The notes under the pieces were generated by a model. That model was not told where the DNA came from, did not search any database, and saw nothing but the letters and a program-made list of their open reading frames with translations. Below, in pieces: positions 1 through 9,919 of a stretch of 64,000 nucleotides of DNA. Positions within the stretch are counted from its first letter, which is position 1; the number at the start of each line of letters is the position of its first letter. A program made the translations under genes and the position numbers. This stretch comes from Ructibacterium sp. (GTDB lineage: Bacteria; Bacillota; Clostridia; Monoglobales; Monoglobaceae), in assembly GCA_045578365.1 (NCBI GenBank), contig JAZNKC010000033.1:3009-67008 (forward strand), in the 5' to 3' direction.

Positions 1-1
1 T

Positions 2-589
2 GGAAAGGATGGGGAAACCCATCAAGGGGTGTTTGATATTTCCTATCTTTCCCACCTTCCGGGATTTACCATTTTATCCCCGTCCAATGAGGAGGATTTT
101 TCCCGGATGCTGCGCTATGCAGTAGAAGAATGTAACGGTCCGGTGGCAATCCGTTATCCCCGCGGTGCGGCAATGGCTGCAGAATGGGAAACCACAGAGA
201 ATACCCATTTTTCCGGAAATCTGGTACGAGATGGTGAAGATGTCCTGATTGCAGCGGTTGGAACAACGGTGTTCGATGCACTTGCGGCGGCTGAAATCTT
301 GGAGAAACATCAGATTCATACCGCAGTTCTGGATATACAACAAATCAAACCTTTCCGTGCGGAGATTCTTCTCAAGCATTGTAAAGGGAAAAAATTGATT
401 GCATCCCTTGAAGATAATGTGCTCACCGGAGGATTTGGACAACAACTTTGTGCGATTTTGCAGCAAAAAGTAGAAGTGTTTGCTTATCCGGATGAACCCA
501 TTGTTCAGGGATCCATCAAGGAATTGAAGTGTAAGTACGGGTTAACCCCCGAACAAATTGCAAAAAAAATCTTACACGCTGTGATGTGA
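2..589 (+). CDS. dxs: 1-deoxy-D-xylulose-5-phosphate synthase, C-terminal part (5' end outside window)
   Basis: Frame from nt 2 reads GKDGETHQGVFDISYL..GPVAIRYPRG..EDNVLTGGFG, typical DXS motifs; lies upstream of tlyA as usual. Confidence 0.95.
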   Translation, partial: GKDGETHQGVFDISYLSHLPGFTILSPSNEEDFSRMLRYAVEECNGPVAIRYPRGAAMAAEWETTENTHFSGNLVRDGEDVLIAAVGTTVFDALAAAEILEKHQIHTAVLDIQQIKPFRAEILLKHCKGKKLIASLEDNVLTGGFGQQLCAILQQKVEVFAYPDEPIVQGSIKELKCKYGLTPEQIAKKILHAVM

Positions 590-596
590 GGAAACT

Positions 597-1391
597 ATGG
601 CAAAACAACGATTAGACAATTTTCTGGTAGAACAAGGATTGGTTGCCAGTCGTTCTATGGCACAGTCAATGATTATGGCCGGAGAAGTTTATGTCAATGA
701 CCAAAAGGCGTCAAAAGCCGGTGAGATGGTCACCGGTGAAGAAAAAATTGAAATCCGCGGAAAAAGTTTGAAGTATGTCAGTCGCGGCGGACTGAAATTG
801 GACAAAGCAATGACGGTTTTTCCTATCAGCTTAGAGAATGCTGTCTGTATGGATATTGGCGCATCTACGGGTGGTTTTACCGATTGTATGTTGCAAAATG
901 GTGCATCTAAGGTCTATGCAGTGGATGTAGGTTACGGACAGTTGGCGTGGAAATTGCGTCAGGACGAACGGGTTGTGAATTTAGAGCGCACCAACATTCG
1001 TTATGTAACAGAGGAACAAGTTCCCGAAGAAATTGACTTCTTTTCGGTGGATGTATCTTTTATCTCCTTGAAGCTGGTTCTTCCTGTGGCACATCAGTTG
1101 CTCAAAGAATCCGGAACCGGCGTTTGCTTGATCAAACCTCAGTTTGAAGCCGGCAAGGAAAAGGTTGGTAAAAAAGGTGTTGTCCGTGACAAAGCGGTAC
1201 ATCTTGAAGTGATTGAAAATGTCCTTGCCTTTACCCGAGAGATTGGATTTGTGGTATTAGGATTGGATTATTCTCCGGTCAAAGGTCCGGAGGGAAATAT
1301 TGAATACCTAATGTATATTGGAAAAAACGGTGAAGATATACAACCGGATGCTGAGGCAATCGTGGAAGCATCCCATATTTTGGATCGGTGA
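597..1391 (+). CDS. tlyA: TlyA family rRNA 2'-O-methyltransferase
   Basis: S4 domain, YVSRGGLKL, DIGASTGGFTD, LIKPQFE, GPEGNIEY. Confidence 0.95.
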   Translation: MAKQRLDNFLVEQGLVASRSMAQSMIMAGEVYVNDQKASKAGEMVTGEEKIEIRGKSLKYVSRGGLKLDKAMTVFPISLENAVCMDIGASTGGFTDCMLQNGASKVYAVDVGYGQLAWKLRQDERVVNLERTNIRYVTEEQVPEEIDFFSVDVSFISLKLVLPVAHQLLKESGTGVCLIKPQFEAGKEKVGKKGVVRDKAVHLEVIENVLAFTREIGFVVLGLDYSPVKGPEGNIEYLMYIGKNGEDIQPDAEAIVEASHILDR

Positions 1392-1395
1392 TAGT

Positions 1396-2244
1396 ATGAA
1401 AAAGCTTGCGCTTGTCCCCAATGCACTAAGGGACATCGGTTTGGATGAAACAAGAAAATTGGCACATTTTTTACTTGAAAAGGGAAATGTTGTCTTTATG
1501 GAAGATCGTTTCCGGAACGAAAGCTTGCCCGATGTGCAGTTTGGCTCCCTGGAAACAATAATGCAGGAAGCCGAATTGGCAGTTGTCCTCGGCGGTGACG
1601 GTACTATTTTGGATATTGCACCGCAGGCGGCAAGGTATCACATTCCTATTCTGGGTATCAATTTAGGAAGTCTTGGCTTTTTGGCACAAGCGGAAAAGGG
1701 CGAGTATGAAATCTTTGATGCAATTCTGGCAGGAGAATACCAACTACGGGATTGTATGATGCTGGATTGTACCATCCTGAAAAACGGAGAGCAAATCAAC
1801 CGGTTTACCGCCCTCAATGATATTGTAGTTTCCGGTGACGGATATTCCCGTATGGTTACAGTATCGGCATCGGTAAACGGAACCTGTATCGGTACATACT
1901 CTGCAGACGGTTTGATTGCCGCAACGGCAGTTGGCTCTACGGCTTACTCCTTGTCTGCCGGCGGGGCGATTATGCATCCGGAAATCGATGCGATGATTTT
2001 GACCCCCATCTGCCCGCATACAATGAAAGCGCGTTCTACGGTTTTGCCGGCAAAAGATGTGGTTGAAATTGTATCCTGCCCACCTTACCGTTCTTCGGTT
2101 GTGGTGATGGCAGACGGAAAACGAAAACATGTTCTGGAACAGGATGAGCAGATTCGCATCACCCGTTCGGACCAAAAAGTGCAACTGCTCTATACCAAAG
2201 ACAGAAACTTCTTTGATGTTCTGCGGAAAAAGCTTTCAGATTAA
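1396..2244 (+). CDS. nadK: NAD(+) kinase
   Basis: LGGDGT, GINLGSLGFL, LND, GSTAYSLSAGG motifs; start moved to ATG 1396 after the tlyA stop. Confidence 0.93.
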   Translation: MKKLALVPNALRDIGLDETRKLAHFLLEKGNVVFMEDRFRNESLPDVQFGSLETIMQEAELAVVLGGDGTILDIAPQAARYHIPILGINLGSLGFLAQAEKGEYEIFDAILAGEYQLRDCMMLDCTILKNGEQINRFTALNDIVVSGDGYSRMVTVSASVNGTCIGTYSADGLIAATAVGSTAYSLSAGGAIMHPEIDAMILTPICPHTMKARSTVLPAKDVVEIVSCPPYRSSVVVMADGKRKHVLEQDEQIRITRSDQKVQLLYTKDRNFFDVLRKKLSD

Positions 2245-2264
2245 AATGGAAAGGAGAGAGGGAA

Positions 2265-3950
2265 ATGCTGAGAGAACTTCATATTAAAAATATTGCAGTA
2301 ATCGAGGATATTACCATCTCCTTTGGTGACGGTTTTCACGTTTTAACAGGTGAAACCGGCGCCGGAAAATCTATTTTAATCGACTCCATCAATATGGCGC
2401 TTGGCGGACGTACCCCCAAGGATTTGATTCGTACCGGATGCGATACCGCAACGGTGGATATGGTGTTTGAGCTTTCTGAAAAAGCCGAACAAACCCTTTT
2501 GGAGATAGGAATTGAGAGCGAAGACGGACTTTTGTATATCAACAGACAGATTACCACCGATGGAAAGAGTCGCTGCCGTATCAATGGCCATATGGCGCCA
2601 CTTACACAATTAAAAGAAGCGGCGGAGGTGCTTCTCACCATTCACGGGCAGCATGATAATCAAGCAATTCTGAGTCCCAAAACCCACATCTATTTTGTGG
2701 ATGATTATGGATGCTATCAGGATTTACTTGCGGAATATCAAGGGCAATATCGCAAGGTAGAAGCCTTGAAGGAAAGATTACAGAATTTGCTTACCGATGA
2801 GGATGAAAAACAACGGCGGATTGAGCTTTTGCAATATCAGGTTCAAGAGATTCAGGCGGCACAGATTCGCCCCGGAGAAGAGGAAGAACTGGAAGAACGC
2901 AGAATATACCTTTCCAATATCGAACAAATTGCAGAAAGCAGCAACGATGCCTATGAGGCACTTTATGGGGATGAAAGACAGGCGGCTGCCTATGACAGGA
3001 TTTCCTCTGCGGTGCGTGCCTTGGAAACCATCCATAGCTTTGATACTCAAGTTGACGGGTTCTATCAGACCCTTAGTTCGGTACTGGCGGACTTGGAGGA
3101 TGTCACCCATGAACTAAGAGCATATCTTGATAAGATAGATTATCAACCCGGCGAGCTTGATTTTCTGGAAGAGCGTCTGCAGACCCTATTTCAGCTGAAA
3201 CGGAAATATGGCGGTAGCGAAGAGGAAATTCTCAACTACCTTGACCGTATCGAACAAGAGCTTGCAGAGATTGAAAACAGCGATGCCTTACGAGATGAGG
3301 TGAGCGCTGAATTGAAAAAGGAAACCAATTTGCTTGCAGATATGGCGGCAAAATTGTCAGAAAAACGGCGGGAGACAGCGATTCGTTTGCAGACCGCAAT
3401 TATGCAGGAGCTTTCGGATTTGGATATGCAAAAAATGCGTTTTTCTGTTGCAGTTGAGCCGGAGGAAGGTGCTTATACCACCCTTGGTATTGACAGGGTA
3501 GAATTTTTGATTTCCGGCAATCCGGGTGAGGCATTAAAGCCGCTTGCAAAGATTGCATCCGGCGGTGAAATGTCACGGATTATGCTGGCGATGAAATCCA
3601 TCCTTGCCAAGAGTGATATGGTTGAAACCTTGATTTTTGATGAGATTGATACCGGTGTCAGCGGACGCGCGGCACAAAAGATTGCAGAAAAGATTTGTAT
3701 GCTTGCCAAAGACCGTCAAATCCTGTGTATCACTCATCTTGCGCAGATTGCAAGTATGGCGGATACCCATTTCCTGATAGAAAAGAATTCGGATGAAACC
3801 CAGACCAAGACATCCGTGACCCCCTTAGAAGAAGATAAACGGAAAGAGGAGCTTGCACGGATTATTGGTGGGGTAATGATTACCGATTTGACACTTCAAG
3901 CGGCGCAGGAAATGCTGTCTATGGCAGAAACCTTAAAGGAGAATCGATAG
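2265..3950 (+). CDS. recN: DNA repair protein RecN
   Basis: LTGETGAGKS Walker A, ASGGEMSR signature, IFDEIDTG, CITHLAQIA. Confidence 0.97.
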   Translation: MLRELHIKNIAVIEDITISFGDGFHVLTGETGAGKSILIDSINMALGGRTPKDLIRTGCDTATVDMVFELSEKAEQTLLEIGIESEDGLLYINRQITTDGKSRCRINGHMAPLTQLKEAAEVLLTIHGQHDNQAILSPKTHIYFVDDYGCYQDLLAEYQGQYRKVEALKERLQNLLTDEDEKQRRIELLQYQVQEIQAAQIRPGEEEELEERRIYLSNIEQIAESSNDAYEALYGDERQAAAYDRISSAVRALETIHSFDTQVDGFYQTLSSVLADLEDVTHELRAYLDKIDYQPGELDFLEERLQTLFQLKRKYGGSEEEILNYLDRIEQELAEIENSDALRDEVSAELKKETNLLADMAAKLSEKRRETAIRLQTAIMQELSDLDMQKMRFSVAVEPEEGAYTTLGIDRVEFLISGNPGEALKPLAKIASGGEMSRIMLAMKSILAKSDMVETLIFDEIDTGVSGRAAQKIAEKICMLAKDRQILCITHLAQIASMADTHFLIEKNSDETQTKTSVTPLEEDKRKEELARIIGGVMITDLTLQAAQEMLSMAETLKENR

Positions 3951-4360
3951 TGGCAATGATGCAAACCGGCTATGTAGCCAAAATTGAAAGTGGCACAGTA
4001 AAGATTCGGGTAATGCGGGAATCGGCGTGTGGCGGAAACTGTGCATCTTGTCACGGTTGTCCGTCCGGAACGGTTTTTGTTACCTGCAAGGATGAACCGC
4101 AAAACCCCTTTGTGGTCGGAGAGGAAGTTTTGATTGAGATGCCAAGCAAAAAGTTTTTCTCCGGTATGTTTGGAAGCTATGGCATTATGGCGTTGGGAAT
4201 GCTGCTTGGCGCAAGTGTTGGATATGGGATGACCGTTACTGAAGGATTTTCGGTGCTTGGTGCATTTCTCGGTTTGGCAGTCGGTGCAGGTTTGATGCGA
4301 CTGTTGTCGAAAAAACGAGAGAATGACATTCAAATTATCAGACAGAAAGAACGAGGATAG
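3950..4360 (+). CDS. RseC/MucC family membrane protein
   Basis: RESACGGNCASCHGC Cys cluster plus two C-terminal hydrophobic helices. Confidence 0.75.
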   Translation: MAMMQTGYVAKIESGTVKIRVMRESACGGNCASCHGCPSGTVFVTCKDEPQNPFVVGEEVLIEMPSKKFFSGMFGSYGIMALGMLLGASVGYGMTVTEGFSVLGAFLGLAVGAGLMRLLSKKRENDIQIIRQKERG

Positions 4361-4365
4361 GAAGA

Positions 4366-5034
4366 ATGAATACCCCAAAGAGAATCACGATTTTTGTAGG
4401 CTACTACGGAAGTGGAAAAACGGAGATTGCGGTAAACTATGCCCTCGCATTGCGGGCGCAGGGGAAAAAGGTGGTTATCATCGACTTTGACATCGTCAAT
4501 CCCTATTTCAGGACCAAAGATGCAGAGGCGCTTTTGAACGAACGTGGCATCCGTTTGATTGCACCGATGTTTGCCAACAGTAATCTGGAAAACCCCGGTA
4601 TCCCGCCGGAGATTTATAGTGTATTTACCGACAAGGATGCGTATGTTATCTTTGATGTGGGCGGTGGCGAAGACGGTGCCATCCCCCTTGGCAGATACCA
4701 TTCTTATTTTGAAAAAGAAGCGTGTGATGTGTTCTTCGTGTTGAATGAGCGGAGAATGATTACCGGTGATTTGGAGGGGGCGCTGGATGCCTTTTCGGAG
4801 ATTGCGGCAGTCACACGGGTTCCTGTTACAGGAATTATCAACAACACACATTTGAAAGAAGATACCACCCCCGAGGTGATTCTCAAGGGGCAGGAGTTGG
4901 CAAAACAACTGGCTGAGGAAATCAAGCTGCCGGTTGTCTATCTCACAGGAACAGAGGAGAATCTGAAGAAATTGCCAGAGCAATATGAAGCTTTGGCGTT
5001 TCCGATTCACACATATATCAATTTGGTATTTTAA
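4366..5034 (+). CDS. P-loop NTPase (MinD/ParA/CobQ-like) associated with the oxoacid oxidoreductase operon
   Basis: GYYGSGKTE, DFDIVNPYFR, DVGG. Confidence 0.75.
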   Translation: MNTPKRITIFVGYYGSGKTEIAVNYALALRAQGKKVVIIDFDIVNPYFRTKDAEALLNERGIRLIAPMFANSNLENPGIPPEIYSVFTDKDAYVIFDVGGGEDGAIPLGRYHSYFEKEACDVFFVLNERRMITGDLEGALDAFSEIAAVTRVPVTGIINNTHLKEDTTPEVILKGQELAKQLAEEIKLPVVYLTGTEENLKKLPEQYEALAFPIHTYINLVF

Positions 5035-5053
5035 TTAAAGGAGGAAATAGAAT

Positions 5054-5260
5054 ATGGCAAAGGTAACCTTTCGTGCAGACCGCTGTAAGGGATGTGGACT
5101 TTGTACCACGGTATGTCCAAAGAAAATTGTGATTATGGACACGGAAACCATCAATGAAAAAGGGTTTCACCCCGCAACGGTAGTAGAAATGGAAAAGTGC
5201 ATTGGTTGTGCAATGTGTGCGACCATTTGCCCGGATTGCGTCATTAAAGTTGAAAGATAG
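5054..5260 (+). CDS. 2x[4Fe-4S] ferredoxin, delta subunit of 2-oxoacid:ferredoxin oxidoreductase
   Basis: CKGCGLCTTVCP and CIGCAMCATICP. Confidence 0.92.
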   Translation: MAKVTFRADRCKGCGLCTTVCPKKIVIMDTETINEKGFHPATVVEMEKCIGCAMCATICPDCVIKVER

Positions 5261-5278
5261 AAAAGAGGAGAAAAGCAA

Positions 5279-6340
5279 ATGGAAAAGAAAGTTTTAATGA
5301 AAGGTAATGAAGCGTTGGCAGAAGCTGCAATGCGTAGCGGTTGCCGGCATTTCTTCGGTTATCCGATTACCCCGCAGACAGAACTTGCAGCCTATATGGC
5401 AAAACAGATGCCCAAGCGTGGCGGCACCTTTTTGCAGGCAGAAAGTGAAGTGGCTGCAATCAATATGGTATATGGTGCAGCAGGTGCCGGTGCAAGAGTT
5501 ATGACCAGTTCATCCAGCCCCGGTATCAGCTTGAAGCAGGAGGGTATCTCCTACATAGCAGGTGCAGATTTGCCCTGCGTGATCATCAACATCGTTCGTG
5601 GTGGCCCAGGCCTTGGTGGTATTCAGCCGGCACAGTCTGACTATTTCCAGGCAACCAAGGGCGGCGGTCACGGTGACTATCGTCTGCTGGTTTATGCACC
5701 CTCTTCCGTACAGGAAATGGCGGATTTGGTAGGCGTTGCCTTTGATAAGGCAGACACCTATCGTATGCCTGCCATGATTATGGGCGATGGCATGCTCGGG
5801 CAAATGATGGAGCCGGTTTCCTTTAAGGAACCCATTGCGCCGGAAGACCTTCCCAAAAAGGAATGGGCAACCTACGGAACCGGTATGAAGAGAAAGAAGA
5901 ATATCATCAATTCTTTGTACCTGACCCCCGATGAACTGGAAGAACTCAATGATGCACGTCAAAAGAGATACGAAACTATCTTAAAGGACGAGGTTCTTTT
6001 TGAGGAATACCAGACCGAAGATGCTGAGTTGATTTTTGTTGCTTACGGCACCATCGCACGTATCGTTATGTCCTCGGTCAATACCTTGCGCGAACAGGGA
6101 ATCAAGGCAGGTTTGATTCGTCCGATTACCCTTTGGCCGTTCCCCTCTGAGATTATCAATCAGCGGGCAGATTCTGCCAAGATGTTCCTGACAGTAGAAA
6201 TGAGCCAAGGACAGATGGTAGAGGATGTCCGTCTGGCAGTGAATGGCAAAAAACCCGTTTACTTCTATGGCCGCAACGGTGGTATGATTCCTGAGCAGGA
6301 AGCAATCGTTGAACAGGCAAAGAAGTATTTGCAGAAATAA
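5279..6340 (+). CDS. vorB: 2-oxoacid:ferredoxin oxidoreductase alpha subunit (VorB-like)
   Basis: GYPITPQTE, QAESEVAA, TSSSSPGISL, RGGPGLG. Confidence 0.88.
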   Translation: MEKKVLMKGNEALAEAAMRSGCRHFFGYPITPQTELAAYMAKQMPKRGGTFLQAESEVAAINMVYGAAGAGARVMTSSSSPGISLKQEGISYIAGADLPCVIINIVRGGPGLGGIQPAQSDYFQATKGGGHGDYRLLVYAPSSVQEMADLVGVAFDKADTYRMPAMIMGDGMLGQMMEPVSFKEPIAPEDLPKKEWATYGTGMKRKKNIINSLYLTPDELEELNDARQKRYETILKDEVLFEEYQTEDAELIFVAYGTIARIVMSSVNTLREQGIKAGLIRPITLWPFPSEIINQRADSAKMFLTVEMSQGQMVEDVRLAVNGKKPVYFYGRNGGMIPEQEAIVEQAKKYLQK

Positions 6341-6359
6341 GGGAAAGGAGTAAAGAACA

Positions 6360-7112
6360 ATGGAAACAGTATTCGACAGACCTCATGCGTTGAGTGATGT
6401 AGTTACCAACTTTTGTCCTGGCTGTACCCACGGTATCATCACCCGTCTGGTGGCGGAAGTTTTGGATGAATTGGGTATGGAAGGAAAGGCAGTAGGCGTT
6501 GCACCGGTTGGTTGTAGCGTTATGGCATATAATTTTTATGAATGTGATATGCAGGAAGCAGCACACGGTCGTGCGCCGGCAGTTGCTACCGGTATCAAGC
6601 GGGTGCATCCTGAAAATCTGGTATTTACTTATCAGGGTGACGGTGACCTTGCGGCAATCGGAACAGCAGAAACCGTTCATGCGGCAGCACGTTCTGAGAA
6701 TATCACCATTATCTTTGTAAACAATGCGATTTATGGTATGACTGGCGGTCAGATGGCGCCGACCTCTTTGGTTGGTCAGGTTACCCAGACCACCCCTTAT
6801 GGAAGAAAGATTGAGGATCAGGGGTATCCCATTCGTATGGCAGAAATGCTCTCTACCTTGGAGGGTTCTGCTTATATTGAGCGTGTTGCGGTTGATTCTG
6901 TACCCAACATCCGCAAGGCAAAGGCTGCCATCAAAAAGGCGTTCCAATGCCAGCTTGACAAGAAGGGTTTCTCTTTGGTTGAGGTGCTTTCTACCTGCCC
7001 CACCAACTGGGGCAAGAGCCCGGAAGAGGCACTGGATTGGCTGAGAGAAAATATGATGCCCCAGTATCCTTTGGGTGTATATTGTGACAAATTGAGCAAG
7101 GAGGAAGAGTAA
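6360..7112 (+). CDS. 2-oxoacid:ferredoxin oxidoreductase beta subunit (TPP-binding)
   Basis: FCPGCTHG, GDGD..NN TPP motif, YGMTGGQ, STCPTNW. Confidence 0.92.
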   Translation: METVFDRPHALSDVVTNFCPGCTHGIITRLVAEVLDELGMEGKAVGVAPVGCSVMAYNFYECDMQEAAHGRAPAVATGIKRVHPENLVFTYQGDGDLAAIGTAETVHAAARSENITIIFVNNAIYGMTGGQMAPTSLVGQVTQTTPYGRKIEDQGYPIRMAEMLSTLEGSAYIERVAVDSVPNIRKAKAAIKKAFQCQLDKKGFSLVEVLSTCPTNWGKSPEEALDWLRENMMPQYPLGVYCDKLSKEEE

Positions 7113-7642
7113 TGATTCAGAAAATCATTTTTGCCGGTTTTGGCGGTCAAGGTGTATTGTTTGCAGGAAAGACCCTTGCTTACGCAGGTATGGACGAGGA
7201 TTTGCAGATTTCCTGGCTTCCTTCTTATGGTCCTGAAATGCGTGGCGGTACAGCAAACTGTTCGGTGATTCTGTCCGATGAGCCCATCGGCTCTCCGGTC
7301 ATTACCTCTCCGGATATTTTGATTGCGATGAACAAGCCCTCTTTAGAGAAGTTTGAAAACGCAGTTGCTCCCGGTGGTTTAATCGTTCTGGACAGCTTTT
7401 TGATTGACAAAAAGGTAGAGCGTGACGATGTAGATGTCATCTATATCCCTGCAAAGCAGTTGGCAGAGGAGAATGGCAATGCTACTTTGGGAAATATGAT
7501 TATGCTGGGTGCTTCCTTAAAGCATAAGGATATGATTTCCTTAGATGCTGTCTGCAGAAGTGTGGAGGAACACACTCCCCAGTCCCGTGCAGCTTTGGCG
7601 GAACTGAATAAAAAGATGATTACGATAGGATATCAGTATTAA
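7112..7642 (+). CDS. 2-oxoacid:ferredoxin oxidoreductase gamma subunit
   Basis: AGFGGQG, PSYGPEMRGG, NMIMLGA. Confidence 0.92.
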   Translation: MIQKIIFAGFGGQGVLFAGKTLAYAGMDEDLQISWLPSYGPEMRGGTANCSVILSDEPIGSPVITSPDILIAMNKPSLEKFENAVAPGGLIVLDSFLIDKKVERDDVDVIYIPAKQLAEENGNATLGNMIMLGASLKHKDMISLDAVCRSVEEHTPQSRAALAELNKKMITIGYQY

Positions 7643-7645
7643 ACA

Positions 7646-9562
7646 ATGCTAATTTCAATCAGCCAAGTGAACAAAAGTTTTTCCGGAAATCCGGTTTTAC
7701 GAGATATCACAATGACCATAGAGGAGCATATCCGCTATGGTCTTATTGGCGTTAATGGAGCAGGAAAATCCACCCTCTTAAATCTGATTATGGGCGAACT
7801 GGATGCCGACGATGGAGAAATCTATCGTAGTACTCAGCTCCGGTTGGGCTACCTCAAGCAAAACACCGGTCTTGATAGAACCAGTACCATCCTTGAAGAG
7901 ATGCGTAAGGTTTTTGAAGACGTGTTTCGGGCAGAGGCGGATATGCGCAGACTGGAGCAGGAAATGGAGTCCATCAAGGATCATACCTCGATGGAATATC
8001 GGTCTGTCACACAGGAATATGAGAAAAAGCAAGCATATTTTGACAGCCGTGACGGGTATCAGGTGGATGTAAAAATCAAAACCATCCTCAATGGTATGGG
8101 ATTTTTGGATAAGGACCTTGACACCCCCATTCATACCCTGAGTGGCGGTGAAAAAACAAGACTTGCCATTGCCAGACTCTTGTTGGAAGAGCCGAATCTT
8201 CTGATTCTGGACGAGCCCACCAACCATCTGGATTTTAAGACATTGAACTGGCTGGAGGAATATCTGCTCACCTACAACGGCTCGGTTTTGATTGTTTCTC
8301 ATGACCGTTATTTCTTGGATAAAATTGTGCAACAAGTGTTTGAAATTGAGCGTGGCAAACTCTCGTCTTATAAGGGAAACTACACCGCCTATGTGCGGCA
8401 AAAAGCAGAACGCAGAGCAAGGCTTGAAAAAGAGTATGAGGCGCAGCAACTGGAAATTGCCCATATGCAGGAATATGTGGATAAAAACCTTGCAAGAGCA
8501 TCTACTTCCAACAGTGCAAAATCCCGAATCAAAGCGCTGGAAAATATGGATGTCATTGAACGACCGGACGGGGACTTAAAACAAATCAAACTGCGGTTTG
8601 ATTTGACCAAAGAACCCTATAAGGACGTTCTTACTGTGGAGGATTTGGGACTTTGTGTCGGAAAAGAAAAAAGGGTGCTCTATGAGCATATTGACTTTTC
8701 CTTAAAGCGGCAGGAAAAGATTGCCATCATCGGTACCAATGGGATTGGAAAATCCACCTTATTAAAGACTTTACTTGGGATTTTGGAGCCTTATTCGGGT
8801 AGCTATACTTGGGGCAAAAACACCTCTCTCAGTTATTATGAGCAGGAGAATTTGAACCTGAATCCGGAGCGACAGGCGATCGATGAGTTGTGGGACAGAT
8901 TCCCTCATATTCCGGAAGCACAAATCCGCAAGGTTTTGGGCAATGTTCTTTTAACCAAAGAGGATGTGTTTAAGCCGGTTAAGGTCATCAGCGGCGGAGA
9001 GCGGGCAAAGCTTGCCCTTTGTATTTTGATGCTTGAAAAATCCAATGTGATGCTTTTGGATGAGCCTACCAACCATCTGGATTTGCCGTCTAAGGAAATT
9101 CTGGAAGAGGCACTTTTGGAATACGGCGGGACCCTATTGTTTATCTCTCACGACCGCTATCTCTTGAACCGACTTCCGGATAAAATCATCGAAATGAACG
9201 AGGACGGGTTGACGGTTTACGACGGAAACTATGATGCGTATATTGAGAGGAAGAAATTTCTTGCATCTTTGGCGGTGCAGGAAGAAGCGACAGAAAAAGC
9301 CAAGCAAAAACCGCAAAACGGAGGTTATCGCACCAAAGAACAACGGCGACAGGACGCAGAAAGAAAGGCAAGGCTGCGCACCGTAGAAAGTGAAATTGAG
9401 CGGTTAGAGGAAGAAGTTGACCTTTTGCAAGAGGAAATCTCCCGTGAGGAAATTTATACGGATTATCAGTTGTTAACCGAAAAAACAACCAAAATCGAAG
9501 AGAATCAGCAAGCGCTGGAAGCGTATTACGAGGAATGGGAAACCCTTCAGGAAGATGAATAG
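7646..9562 (+). CDS. ABC-F family ATPase (ribosome-associated)
   Basis: Two ABC cassettes (GVNGAGKS/LSGGE/LDEPTNHLD; GTNGIGKS/ISGGE/LDEPTNHLD), no TM segments, C-terminal coiled coil. Confidence 0.93.
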   Translation: MLISISQVNKSFSGNPVLRDITMTIEEHIRYGLIGVNGAGKSTLLNLIMGELDADDGEIYRSTQLRLGYLKQNTGLDRTSTILEEMRKVFEDVFRAEADMRRLEQEMESIKDHTSMEYRSVTQEYEKKQAYFDSRDGYQVDVKIKTILNGMGFLDKDLDTPIHTLSGGEKTRLAIARLLLEEPNLLILDEPTNHLDFKTLNWLEEYLLTYNGSVLIVSHDRYFLDKIVQQVFEIERGKLSSYKGNYTAYVRQKAERRARLEKEYEAQQLEIAHMQEYVDKNLARASTSNSAKSRIKALENMDVIERPDGDLKQIKLRFDLTKEPYKDVLTVEDLGLCVGKEKRVLYEHIDFSLKRQEKIAIIGTNGIGKSTLLKTLLGILEPYSGSYTWGKNTSLSYYEQENLNLNPERQAIDELWDRFPHIPEAQIRKVLGNVLLTKEDVFKPVKVISGGERAKLALCILMLEKSNVMLLDEPTNHLDLPSKEILEEALLEYGGTLLFISHDRYLLNRLPDKIIEMNEDGLTVYDGNYDAYIERKKFLASLAVQEEATEKAKQKPQNGGYRTKEQRRQDAERKARLRTVESEIERLEEEVDLLQEEISREEIYTDYQLLTEKTTKIEENQQALEAYYEEWETLQEDE

Positions 9563-9573
9563 GAGGCAAGATA

Positions 9574-9750
9574 ATGGCAGGAAATGTGAGTTGTGATACC
9601 TGTAAAAACTTTGTTTTTGACGAGGAATATGACGGCTATATTTGCTTGGTGAGTATGGACGAAGATGATGTTTATCGGTTCCATACTTATCGTGAGTGCC
9701 CCTATTATCAATCCGATGACGATTACCTCATTGTAAGAAAGCAAAAATAG
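9574..9750 (+). CDS. Small acidic Cys-containing protein (58 aa, DUF6472-like), absent from ORF track
   Basis: AGGAGG RBS at 9561; MAGNVSCDTCKNFVFDEEYDGYICLVSMDEDDVYRFHTYRECPYYQSDDDYLIVRKQK; followed by hairpin and T-run. Confidence 0.8.
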   Translation: MAGNVSCDTCKNFVFDEEYDGYICLVSMDEDDVYRFHTYRECPYYQSDDDYLIVRKQK

Positions 9751-9840
9751 TGTATTTTTAAGAATCGGTTGGCAAAGTACAATCGATTCTTTTTTTGCGA
9801 AAAAACGCAGTTTTTCTTGCCGGATTTTTCAAGATTTTCC

Positions 9841-9869
9841 TTGCCAAAACACTTGAAAAGTGGTACAAT
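9841..9869 (+). promoter_or_regulatory. sigma-A promoter of secA
   Basis: TTGCCA-17 nt-TACAAT with extended TG. Confidence 0.65.
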
Positions 9870-9919
9870 AATAGACAATCATGCGAATCTTTTGTCTTTG
9901 GACAGATGGAGGTATCAAA

